This document shows, in pieces, positions 16,785 to 26,100 of a stretch of 64,000 nucleotides of DNA. The stretch comes from a virus. The notes below the pieces were generated by a model. That model was not told where the DNA came from and did not search any database. It saw nothing but the letters and a program-made list of their open reading frames with translations. Made by a program: the position numbers and the translations under genes. Position 1 is the stretch's first letter. Each line of letters starts with the position of its first letter. The DNA is taken from positions 37,022 to 101,021 of the IMG/VR virus record IMGVR_UViG_3300050821_024084. The stretch is one strand, 5' to 3'.

Positions 16785-17617
16785 AGCTTATCGTGGTGGG
16801 GGCAGGCATCGCCGGGTCGGCCCTGTGCCAGCTCGCTGAAGAGCGCGGGCACGACGTGACGCTGGTGTCGGACGGCGTGCCGGACAGCCTGGCGGCGACG
16901 GCGGTGCTGCGGCGCGGTTACCATGCGGGCAAGCCGGACCAGCTGGCGGCCCTGGACTACGCCCTGGACTGCTACCAGCGGTGGGGGGTGCCGGTGCGCC
17001 GGGGCGGGCTAGGGCAGAGCTACCGGCGGCTCGGGGATGAGCCGGTGGCAGATGAGGACTGGCTCCTGCTGGACCCCGCCGCTCCGCTGGCGGAACCCGA
17101 CGTGCGCGCTGAGATCCTGACGGTGAAGAACGGGACGGCGTGGCTCGGGGCGGGCCGGTCGCTGGAAGGCGATGCTGTTGTTGTCGCAACCGGTGCCCGG
17201 GAGGGCAATCTCCAGGCGACAGGGAGCGTCACCTGGGGCGTCACCCTGGTGCACAGCCATCCGGAGGCGCTGCGCGACGAGCAGATCCGCATCTACCAGT
17301 GGGCCCCGTACCGGACGATCGTCGCCGGGGTAGTGAACGGGGAAGCCCGGGTGGGCTCGTCATCGGCCCGGAGCCCGGATGCGGCCCGGAACCAGATGAC
17401 CAAGATGCTGGAGAAAGCCTGGGGTCTGGGCTGGCTGACCACGCGAAAAAGCTGGGGCGAGGTGCTGGGCGCGCGACTGAAGACCGAGCAGCTGTCCTGG
17501 CGGGATCCTGAGGACGGGGCCTGGCGGCTGGCCGGGTTCCACCGGACCGGCTATGCGCTAGCTCCGGCTGCGGCACGTGATCTGCTGAGCGAGATCGAGT
17601 TGACGGTCAGCGGGTAA
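16781..17617 (+). CDS. FAD-dependent oxidoreductase (glycine oxidase/DAO-like)
   Basis: VVGAGIAG, VVVATG, GFHRTGYALAP. Confidence 0.82.
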   Translation: MKLIVVGAGIAGSALCQLAEERGHDVTLVSDGVPDSLAATAVLRRGYHAGKPDQLAALDYALDCYQRWGVPVRRGGLGQSYRRLGDEPVADEDWLLLDPAAPLAEPDVRAEILTVKNGTAWLGAGRSLEGDAVVVATGAREGNLQATGSVTWGVTLVHSHPEALRDEQIRIYQWAPYRTIVAGVVNGEARVGSSSARSPDAARNQMTKMLEKAWGLGWLTTRKSWGEVLGARLKTEQLSWRDPEDGAWRLAGFHRTGYALAPAAARDLLSEIELTVSG

Positions 17618-17635
17618 TCTGCTAGTCTCGGGTAT

Positions 17636-18223
17636 GTGTACCTGGTATACCTGACGGGAGCGCCTGCGACCGGGAAATCCTCGCTGATGGCCCGGCTGAC
17701 GAACGGTCTCACGCGCGTGCCGCAGCTGGCAGACGGCGTGGTTCCGTACGAGGAGCTGCTGGCTCCTGACGGGCGGATGACCGGTGTGGAGCTCGGCAAG
17801 CGCCGGGAGCGATTCTCCGGCACGGACGCGATGGCGTACAGCATCATGCCGAAGGTCTGCGCCTGGGTGGAGCGCTCCATGCGCGAGCTGATGCTGGGCG
17901 AGGGCGATCGCCTGTCCAGCATGAAGTTCCTGACTGCTGCTGAGAAGGCGGGCTACGAGATACATCTCGTGCATCTGAGTGCCCGGCAGTCCGTGCTGGA
18001 CGAGCGCTGCGAGGCACGAGGAAGCCGCCAGTCCCGGCACTGGCGCATCGGGCGCGTCACGATGGCTGTCCGCCTGGCGGCTCACGCAGAAGCTGCCGGG
18101 CACACGGTGCACACGCTGGATGCCGAGCGCCCGCTTGATGAGCTGGTGCGTGAGATGCGGGAGCAGATGCCGTTCCTGCTGGAACTGGGGAACGCCGATG
18201 ATCCGGTTGCGACTCGCCACTAG
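17636..18223 (+). CDS. P-loop kinase, probable 5-hydroxymethylpyrimidine DNA kinase
   Basis: GAPATGKS, FSGTDAM, EGDRL, RCEARGS; cluster context. Confidence 0.78.
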   Translation: MYLVYLTGAPATGKSSLMARLTNGLTRVPQLADGVVPYEELLAPDGRMTGVELGKRRERFSGTDAMAYSIMPKVCAWVERSMRELMLGEGDRLSSMKFLTAAEKAGYEIHLVHLSARQSVLDERCEARGSRQSRHWRIGRVTMAVRLAAHAEAAGHTVHTLDAERPLDELVREMREQMPFLLELGNADDPVATRH

Positions 18224-19508
18224 AGTAGCAGATCGCGTTATCAAGGAAAAGCTCGAAGGCTATACCCTAGGTGAGCAGGACTATGACGTCCTGGTGCGCG
18301 GGAAGGCGCTCGTGCGGATGCCGGACGGACGTCCGCTGCTGTGCTATCTGCCGGGCGTCCTGAAAGAGACCCAGGAGCGCGAGGGCGTCTACGATATTCT
18401 GCATCCGCTGTACACGCACATGACCAACAACCGGGGCGCGGCCAGCGGGACGCGGAGGATCGTCCGGGGGTCCGGCGAGAAGACCGGCAAGCGCAGCGAT
18501 GCGATGTCGGTGGCCTCGCCGTTCATCGGGGCGGCAGATCCCGGCGGGATCTACCGGTACTGCCGTCTGACAGAATGGACTGGCAGTCATCTCCCGCAGT
18601 GGGAGGCACTGCATCCGTATCTCCGGGAGATCGCGCATCACTTCGAGCAGCAGATCCCGGATCGGCATGCCGTCCAGATGGAGTACGTGCAGCGCACCGA
18701 CCACGCCTGGGTCGTGCCGGGAACGCCGTTCACCACTATCACCGTCAACAACTCGTTCGCGACGGGCGTGCACAAGGACGCCGGGGATCTGGAGACGGGG
18801 TTCTCCGCGCTGTCCTGCCTGCGTCAGGGCGACTACGAGGGCGGCGTCCTGGTGTTTCCCGCGTATCGCATCGGGGTAGACATGCAGGACGGGGATCTGC
18901 TGCTGATGGACGCGCATCAGTGGCACGGCAACACCCGCATGATGTGCGGCTGCGGGGAGCCTATCCAGCGGCGGTTCTGCGAGACGTGCGGGGCTGAGCG
19001 GATCAGCGTGGTGTGCTATTACCGGACTAAGATAGCCGACTGCGGCACCCCGGAAGAGGAACTGGAACGCGCCGTGACGGACACGGAGCGCCGGTCAGGA
19101 CTAGGAGACGAGCTTGATGAGCGGGACACGAACTCAGACCCTGCAAGTGGACTCCCGGGCGCTCCAGCGGTACGTGCAGGGGATGACCTACCAGCAGATA
19201 GCGGACGCGGAGCAGTGCTCCGAGCAGACAGCTCACATCCGGGTCCGCCGGGCGATCCGGAACCAGTACCGGCTGGAAGCCGACGAGCTCCGCGTCGTCG
19301 CGGACGAGCAGCTCAGCTTCCTGACCCGGCAGCTGACCGCGCTGATCCACAAGAAGTCCTACAAGATAGCGCCCAACGGGAAGATCGCCGTTCACCCGGA
19401 GACCGGGGAGCCGCTGGAGGACTACAGCGAGCAGCGGATGACCGCGCTGGCGCTGCTCAAGGTGGGCGAGTCCCGGCGCAAGCTGCTCGGACTCGACCAG
19501 CCAGTTAA
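18198..19508 (+). CDS. TET/JBP-family 2OG-Fe(II) dioxygenase; last ~130 codons overlap TerS
   Basis: TPFTTITVN, HKD, WHGN, RISVVCYYR. Confidence 0.85.
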   Translation: MIRLRLATRVADRVIKEKLEGYTLGEQDYDVLVRGKALVRMPDGRPLLCYLPGVLKETQEREGVYDILHPLYTHMTNNRGAASGTRRIVRGSGEKTGKRSDAMSVASPFIGAADPGGIYRYCRLTEWTGSHLPQWEALHPYLREIAHHFEQQIPDRHAVQMEYVQRTDHAWVVPGTPFTTITVNNSFATGVHKDAGDLETGFSALSCLRQGDYEGGVLVFPAYRIGVDMQDGDLLLMDAHQWHGNTRMMCGCGEPIQRRFCETCGAERISVVCYYRTKIADCGTPEEELERAVTDTERRSGLGDELDERDTNSDPASGLPGAPAVRAGDDLPADSGRGAVLRADSSHPGPPGDPEPVPAGSRRAPRRRGRAAQLPDPAADRADPQEVLQDSAQREDRRSPGDRGAAGGLQRAADDRAGAAQGGRVPAQAARTRPAS

Positions 19509-19641
19509 GCACCGGGTGGAGATCACCGACAAGATGGACTCCGAGATCGAGCGCCTGGCGCAGGATCTCGCTGCGAACGGCGCAGGCGAGCCGGTGCTGC
19601 CGGAGCTACCTGCCGGGGTGACGTCCGGTGACGGAGACTGA
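19117..19641 (+). CDS. terS: Terminase small subunit (HTH)
   Basis: GMTYQQIA HTH, RRKLLGLDQP, AGGAG RBS, directly upstream of TerL. Confidence 0.78.
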   Translation: MSGTRTQTLQVDSRALQRYVQGMTYQQIADAEQCSEQTAHIRVRRAIRNQYRLEADELRVVADEQLSFLTRQLTALIHKKSYKIAPNGKIAVHPETGEPLEDYSEQRMTALALLKVGESRRKLLGLDQPVKHRVEITDKMDSEIERLAQDLAANGAGEPVLPELPAGVTSGDGD

Positions 19642-22369
19642 CGAGCCTCCGGAGCTCCCCCCTAACTGGCGGGATCTCGGTCCTGATGCCAAGCGCGTGC
19701 TGCTGCACAAGCTGCGCGGCATGGCGGTCAGCAAAGGACTGGGCGGACCTCGTGAGTGGCGGTCGAAAGCGCGGCCCAAGCAGCTGCCCCCGAGTGACCC
19801 AGCACATCATCTGCCGGACGGTAACGGGTTCAGATGCGGATGTTCCGGTCCTGATGAGAACTGGAATATCTGGATGTTCATGGCCGGCCGGGGGTGTGTT
19901 GCCGGGCATACGCGCATCTGGCTACCGCTGGAGAACCGGTTCGAGCGGATCGATACGCTAGTCCGTCAGGGAGAGGCCGTCATTGTCCTCTCCCTGACGG
20001 AGAATGGCGCAGAACCACGTCAGACTGACGGGGCTCCTTTCATCGGGGGCGTGGCAGAGCTGTATGATGTGCTGACTTCGGACGGCAACCGCATCACGGT
20101 GACTGACCGGCATCGTTTCCTGACTCCGCAAGGATGGCTGCCACTCGCTCGCGTGCACGTCGGACAGCTTCTTGCCGGAGGCGCTCCCGCTCCTCCGCAG
20201 GAAGCTTCTTCACACCGGTCAGGGTGGCGTGAAGATGCTCGGAATTGGCGGGGAACACGCGAAGATTCTCCGGACGATTATCCGAGGTATCCCCGTTCAC
20301 ATGATCAACTACCTCGTCAGGGGACAGGCAGCGTCCTAGCACCTGCTCCATCACGAGTCGATGCTGCCGGACATACCCGAGATTATTCATGTGAGGATGA
20401 TTTCTCATCTTCACGAGAATGTAACCGTCCTCGTCGACTGCATAGCCTCCCTTCCAGAAGTAGTTATGCTCGGGACGCGCTTTCGCCTCTAGACACGGAA
20501 GTCCGAGTTCTATCAGGCGTGAGCGAACTGTCTCTGCGTTACAGCCGAGGATGGCTGCCATTTCCGTGCATGTCATCTGCTGGGCATGCAAGTCGCGGAG
20601 CTTATCAGTGTCTACAGGCATGCGACTGCCCTGAGACATGCGCTTGCGCGACAGGTCAGAAGCCCTATGCCCTCGCAGCTGCACCCCGGCACGTTGCAGA
20701 GCGCGTCCTACGGTCTGATAACTTGTTCCGGTTGTCTGAGCAAGGTCTTTCAGCGGCTCTCCTTCCTGATAGCGCCGGATCAGGTCCGGAAGAAGATCTG
20801 ACGGTATCTTGGAGTACTCTCGGCTCGGCATGTGAGCATGGTATCACGTGGACGAGAGTACGGTCGGTCCGGTCTGCGGGAACAGGATGGTTTTATGACC
20901 TGACTGTCCCTGGTGCAGAGAATTATGCGGCGGAAGGTCTCTGGCATCACAATTGCGGAAAAACCTGGTCGGGCGCTAACTGGATAATTGAACAGGCGCT
21001 CCGGAACCCGGGAACGATGTGGGCGGTCGTTGCCCCGACATTCCGGGATGTCCGGGTCACGTGCTTCGAAGGCCCCTCCGGGATTCGACGTCTTCTTCAG
21101 CCTGGTGAGGAAGATCAATGGCGCAGGAATGAGCTGCGCCTGGATCTGGTGAATGGCTCCGTTATTTACGGGTATTCGGCTGACCAGCCGGAACGATTGC
21201 GCGGATCTAACCTTTCCGGGGCGTGGGTAGATGAAATGGGGAGTTTTGCGTATGAGGAAACCTGGTATGAGGGACTAGTCCCTGCGCTACGTATCGGGGA
21301 ACATCCCCGTGTCATGGTCACCACGACTCCGCGCCCGACGAAGCTCATCCGGGATCTGTACTCGCGTCGCGACGGCACCGTTCACACCACCACGGCCTCC
21401 ACCTGGGAGAATGCGGCCAACCTGTCGGCTGCCGCCCTCGATGAGCTCAAGCGCCGGTACGAAGGCACCCGGCTGGGCCGTCAGGAGCTTGAAGGCGTCC
21501 TCCTGGAGGATCTGGAAGGCGCGCTGTGGCGGCGCAGCGATATCGACGCTGCGCGAGTCAGGCCGGAGGACGTGCCAGATCTGGCCCGCGTGGTGGTGGC
21601 GATCGACCCGGCGATGAGCGCCGACGAGGATGCTGACGAGACGGGCATCATCGTGTCCGGGGAAGACGGGCGCGGCCACGGGTACGTCCTGGCGGACTGG
21701 TCGATGCAGGGCACGCCCGAGGCATGCATGCGGCGGGCTGTCCAGGCGTACAAGCACTACAACGCGGACTGCGTCGTGGCTGAGGTCAACAACGGCGGTG
21801 ACTTTATCGGCACGGTGCTGCGCACCGTCGATCCGAATCTGCCCTACCATCAGGTGCGGGCCTCGCGCGGGAAGGCGATCCGGGCAGAGCCTGTGTCGTC
21901 ACTGGCGGAGCAGCACCGGCTGCATCACGTGGGGAACTTCCCGGAGCTGGAAGATCAGCTCTGCTCATTCGTCCCGGGAATCGCCGGGCCGTCCCCGGAC
22001 CGGCTTGACGCGCTGGTCTGGTCAGTATTCGAGCTGAAGAGCTTGTCGCAGTCCAGCTGGCTCTCCGCGTACGGAGCCATCCGCTGCACGCAATGCGAGA
22101 TGGCGTTCCGGGGCTCGGCGACGTGCCCGCGCTGCGGAGCAGATGCACCTGCATCGCCTGACGGGGGAAGCTTCTCCCCGGAGGGGGCGGGGGAGGATCG
22201 CAGCATGGGCGGCTGGGCCTCGGTGTACCGGCTGGCCAGGTGCAGCAAGGGACACGTGTACTCTGAGCGGTCCGGTGGCTGCCCGCAGTGCCGGTCCGGC
22301 GGCCTGGACTGGCTGCGCGCGCACGGCAAGCCCGGTGGACAGGCAGGTTCCGGGGCGGTAAGCTCGTAG
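19628..22369 (+). CDS. terL: Terminase large subunit with one intein and C-terminal Zn-finger extension
   Basis: Spliced Walker A GRG/CGKT, Walker B WVDE, TTTP, nuclease AIDPA, SPDRLDA. Confidence 0.95.
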   Translation: MTETDEPPELPPNWRDLGPDAKRVLLHKLRGMAVSKGLGGPREWRSKARPKQLPPSDPAHHLPDGNGFRCGCSGPDENWNIWMFMAGRGCVAGHTRIWLPLENRFERIDTLVRQGEAVIVLSLTENGAEPRQTDGAPFIGGVAELYDVLTSDGNRITVTDRHRFLTPQGWLPLARVHVGQLLAGGAPAPPQEASSHRSGWREDARNWRGTREDSPDDYPRYPRSHDQLPRQGTGSVLAPAPSRVDAAGHTRDYSCEDDFSSSRECNRPRRLHSLPSRSSYARDALSPLDTEVRVLSGVSELSLRYSRGWLPFPCMSSAGHASRGAYQCLQACDCPETCACATGQKPYALAAAPRHVAERVLRSDNLFRLSEQGLSAALLPDSAGSGPEEDLTVSWSTLGSACEHGITWTRVRSVRSAGTGWFYDLTVPGAENYAAEGLWHHNCGKTWSGANWIIEQALRNPGTMWAVVAPTFRDVRVTCFEGPSGIRRLLQPGEEDQWRRNELRLDLVNGSVIYGYSADQPERLRGSNLSGAWVDEMGSFAYEETWYEGLVPALRIGEHPRVMVTTTPRPTKLIRDLYSRRDGTVHTTTASTWENAANLSAAALDELKRRYEGTRLGRQELEGVLLEDLEGALWRRSDIDAARVRPEDVPDLARVVVAIDPAMSADEDADETGIIVSGEDGRGHGYVLADWSMQGTPEACMRRAVQAYKHYNADCVVAEVNNGGDFIGTVLRTVDPNLPYHQVRASRGKAIRAEPVSSLAEQHRLHHVGNFPELEDQLCSFVPGIAGPSPDRLDALVWSVFELKSLSQSSWLSAYGAIRCTQCEMAFRGSATCPRCGADAPASPDGGSFSPEGAGEDRSMGGWASVYRLARCSKGHVYSERSGGCPQCRSGGLDWLRAHGKPGGQAGSGAVSS
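19895..20953 (+). mobile_element. Intein (353 aa) in TerL Walker A
   Basis: Starts CVAGHT, block B VTDRHRF, ends YDLTV...HHN before Cys +1. Confidence 0.92.
20094..20831 (-). CDS. HNH homing endonuclease with HTH repeats, antisense within the intein
   Basis: WKGG...DGY, YVRQHRLVME, EVVDHVNGDTSDNRPENL; own TGnTACCAT leaderless promoter. Confidence 0.9.
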   Translation of the reverse strand: MPSREYSKIPSDLLPDLIRRYQEGEPLKDLAQTTGTSYQTVGRALQRAGVQLRGHRASDLSRKRMSQGSRMPVDTDKLRDLHAQQMTCTEMAAILGCNAETVRSRLIELGLPCLEAKARPEHNYFWKGGYAVDEDGYILVKMRNHPHMNNLGYVRQHRLVMEQVLGRCLSPDEVVDHVNGDTSDNRPENLRVFPANSEHLHATLTGVKKLPAEERERLRQEAVRRARERVAAILAESGNDAGQSP

Positions 22370-22370
22370 C

Positions 22371-22613
22371 ATGCCGCTTCACTTCACTCCGCAGGACCGG
22401 GCCGATGCCCTGGATCTGTTCATGAAAGGCAAGGCATGCGAGCACTGCGGCGGCGTGCATCAGCGTGCCTGCCCGCGCGTCCGTGAGCTGGAATGGAACG
22501 ACAAAGGCCAGATCCGGCGCGTGGTGTACTGGGCCGACGCGGAGTGGCAAGGGGCGCGGGAGTTCATCACCTGGCCGGAAGACTGCTACGAGGAGGACGA
22601 AGACGATGAGTGA
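22371..22613 (+). CDS. Small Zn-binding protein
   Basis: CEHCGGVH..ACP. Confidence 0.6.
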   Translation: MPLHFTPQDRADALDLFMKGKACEHCGGVHQRACPRVRELEWNDKGQIRRVVYWADAEWQGAREFITWPEDCYEEDEDDE

Positions 22614-22773
22614 CGACGCGCCCGTGTTCCCCCCGATGATGCAGGCTGCCGTCGCGATCCATGAAGCGTTCCTGGCGTACGTGGAGGCCGGGTTCACGCG
22701 TGATGAGGCGCTGAGGATTGTCGTCACGCAGATGAGCTGGTTCAGGCCGCCGCTCCAGCCGGAGCCAGAATGA
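22606..22773 (+). CDS. Small conserved actinophage protein
   Basis: HEAFLAYVEAGFTRDEAL. Confidence 0.6.
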   Translation: MSDDAPVFPPMMQAAVAIHEAFLAYVEAGFTRDEALRIVVTQMSWFRPPLQPEPE

Positions 22774-23102
22774 CCAGCGCGGGAGGCGCGGTCACGATGT
22801 CCCGGCTGTCGCTCCAGTACGTGTCCGTCCCGGTGCAGGCGTACAAGGGGGGCACGGTCTACAATCCCACGAATGACGTGGTGGAATTCGCCTTCGTACA
22901 GAATTACGGGACGGTGCCGTCCAGCTGGGCGGCGGGCAGCTGGGTATCGCAGCTGAATTACACGTATCCGTATGCGGCTCAGTGCCTGGTGGGGCCAGGC
23001 GGGGCGACGGCACCGACCACGGGGGTTTACAACATCTGGGTGCAGATCCAGGACGATCCGGAAGTCCCGGTGTTCATCGCCGGTCAATTGCAGATCATAT
23101 GA
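22770..23102 (+). CDS. Beta-rich virion protein
   Basis: YNIWVQIQDDPEVPV; position in head module. Confidence 0.6.
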   Translation: MTSAGGAVTMSRLSLQYVSVPVQAYKGGTVYNPTNDVVEFAFVQNYGTVPSSWAAGSWVSQLNYTYPYAAQCLVGPGGATAPTTGVYNIWVQIQDDPEVPVFIAGQLQII

Positions 23103-23118
23103 CGGGAAGGGGGCGGGA

Positions 23119-26100
23119 ATGGCGCGTCGCTCCACGCTGATGGCCGCGAAGTACATGCCGGGCGCGGCGTCCCCGACCTCCGCCCCGCAGAATGCGGGGG
23201 CTCCGTACTACGGGCTCGTGTCACCGCTGGCACAGCAGCTCGCGAATGAGCGGGGCTATTCTAATTCCTACGGGCCGTTCCTGCCGAGGCCCGCGCAGAC
23301 ATTTACTGAGGGCGCATTCGGGCCGTTCAGCCCGATTCTCCCGGTCCCGGTAGATGCGCCTCCCGTCGAAGACGGGCTGCCGGATCCCCGGCTGTTCGAG
23401 TACCAGGTCGGGTGGAACCTGCCGGTCGGGCAGCCGGGGACCGAGGGTCTCAAGCTAGTGGATTTCGCTACGCTGCGCACGCTGGGGGATCTGTACTCGG
23501 TCGCGCGGGCGTGCATCGAGAAACGCAAGAACGAGATCACCGGCCTGGACTGGGATATCGTGCCGACGCACGAGGCGTCCAAGGCGTACCAGGGCGACCG
23601 GAAGGCCAACCGGGATCTGGGCGAGCGCATCGCCAAGGCGAAGAAGTTCTTCCGGCAGCCGGACCCGGACTACTTCTCGTTCGGGGAATTCCTCACTGCC
23701 GTGCTGGAGATGGTGTTCGTCTACGACGCGCTGTCTATCGTGCTGCGGCCTAAGCGCGGTAAGGGGATGGGCAAAGGGCTGCTCGGGTCGGATCTGGACT
23801 GCCTGGAGCTAGTTGACGGAGCCACTATTCGCCCGCTTTTGGGAATGCACGGAGAAATTCCGAGGCCGCCCTGCTATAGCGAGGACACGGAAATTCTCAC
23901 CCGGGGCGGCTGGAAGCTGTTCAGCGATCTCAAGGGAACAGAAGAAGTTGCTACCCGCTCGAAAGACGGTGTGTTTGAGTGGCAGCGGCCCACGCATTAC
24001 GTGAATGAGGCGTACACCGGTCCGATGGTGCAATTCTCCGGTCGCACTATTGACTGCCTGGTAACCCCTGATCACCGGATGCTCACGACTGTAGGTCCTG
24101 ACGGCTGGTCCGAGGCTAGCCGGGTGCGAGACAGTAAAGGACGGATCTGCGGTCATGCAGACGGTAAGGACGGGACTCAGCGGGAATGGATCACATCGGC
24201 GCAGCGTCTCCTGGAAAGAAAGCAGGCAGGCGCAAAAAAGGATGACCGGCTGGTAGCTGTCAGCTCGTGGCACGGGCGCGAGCTGCGGAGTGCCACGTTT
24301 ACCGTCACGGGCCAGGTGTTTCGGTGGGACGATGGTGATGTGCATCGTGCAGAGGGACCGGAAATCCCTGCGGATGTGCGGGATCACTCAGTAGAGATGA
24401 CGGGTGATCAGTACGCGGCCTTCATGGGCATGTACCTGTCTGAAGGCGGTCTCATCCACGACAGAGAAAAGCACGGCTACCGGATTACCATCAGCCAGAC
24501 CGCGAACGGAAAGGGAATCGCGGAGTACGGACAGCTTATCCAGGAGCTATTCGGTGATCTTCGGCGAGGCTCTGGCGGGTGGAATATCTGGAGGAAGGCG
24601 CTGTGGCGGTACTGCCATCAGTTCGGATACGCACCGGATAAGTTCGCGCCACCCGAAGTGCTTGATATGTCGCGGCGTCAGCTCAAGATATTCTGGAGGT
24701 ACTACTGGCTAGGCGACGGGCATACGGAGCACACACAGGAGCAGGAAGTCGTGGCGACCTCCAGCTGTCTGATGGCGGGCGCGTTCCAGGAAATCATCCA
24801 GAAACTCGGGTACTCATCATCTGCTCGCCCTAGTGGTGATGGCTATTATCGCTTGCGTACACGGAAGACTGCCTATCCCGGGTATAACGCTAAGCAGGCT
24901 GATTACTCGGGGCGTGTTTACTGCGTGACGGTGCCGAATGGTATTGTTTATGTCCGGAGGAATGGCCGGGCGGTGTGGTCAGGAAATTCGCCCGCCTACC
25001 AGCAGTACCTTTACGGCGTGCCGCGCAGCGACTACATGACAATGATCACGCAGCGGGACATTGATGAAGGCGGCCTGGCCGGATCCGAGATCCAGTCGTT
25101 CACGTCGGATCAGCTGCTGTACCTGCGCACTACTCCCCGGCGCTGGACGCCGTATGGCTTCGCTAACCTGGAGCAGTCGCTCATCCCGGTGCTGACGGGG
25201 CTGCAAAAGCAGGCGTATCAGCTTGATTATTTTCGTGAGGGATGCTATTCTCCGGACACTGAGATTCTCACGAAAGATGGCTGGAAGCTCTTCCCGGACC
25301 TGACCTACGACGATGAGCTTGCTACTCGAAGCGAGCAGGGAGACTTCCGCTGGCATCGACCGGAAGCCATTCTTTCGTACGACTTCGACGGGGAGCTGCT
25401 CGCTTTTCAGAGCAAGGCAGTAGATCAGCTTGTGACACCTGGTCACAGGATGATCGTGCAGCACCTGCCATCCTACGTGCGTGATCACCCGGCTACTCCG
25501 GAACATGGCTGGCACGTGCGGCTCGCGAAATATTTCGCCGAGCATCCAAGCGCCCAGTTCCAGATGCCGGCGACGTCTCGCTGGACAGGACCCGAGCCGG
25601 AGTACCAGGAAATCGACACCTGGCGCAAGGTCAAGCGGCAGTATGGTACGGAGAAGGCCATCACGTGGCTCCGCGAGCACCTGGTGCCGGGTGAGTGGGC
25701 TCCGTCTGCGCAGGTGCTCAAGTCTGCTCAGGCAGCAGGCGTCGGGAGAAACTCTCTTGAGCGTGCGAAAGACGTGCTCGGGATACAATCACGACGCGTC
25801 GGCAGCACGCGCTCCGGAAGGGGAGTTTCTTTCTGGGAGATGCGTCTTCCTGCTGAAGACCTGGCTGTGCTGGAGCGCGCAGAGGAAATCCGTACGGGAA
25901 GCCGCCGGATCCCGATGAAGGAGTTCTGCGGGCTCCTTGGCCTGTATATCTCAGAGGGCTGGGTGCGATCAGATCGTAATGATGTACTCATTGCCCAGCA
26001 TGCGGATAATCCGCGTATCGAGCGTATTCGCGAGATACTGGACAGTACCGGGCTGCACTGGAGCTATCAGGAATCGAACCAGAGATTCGCGGTGTGCAGC

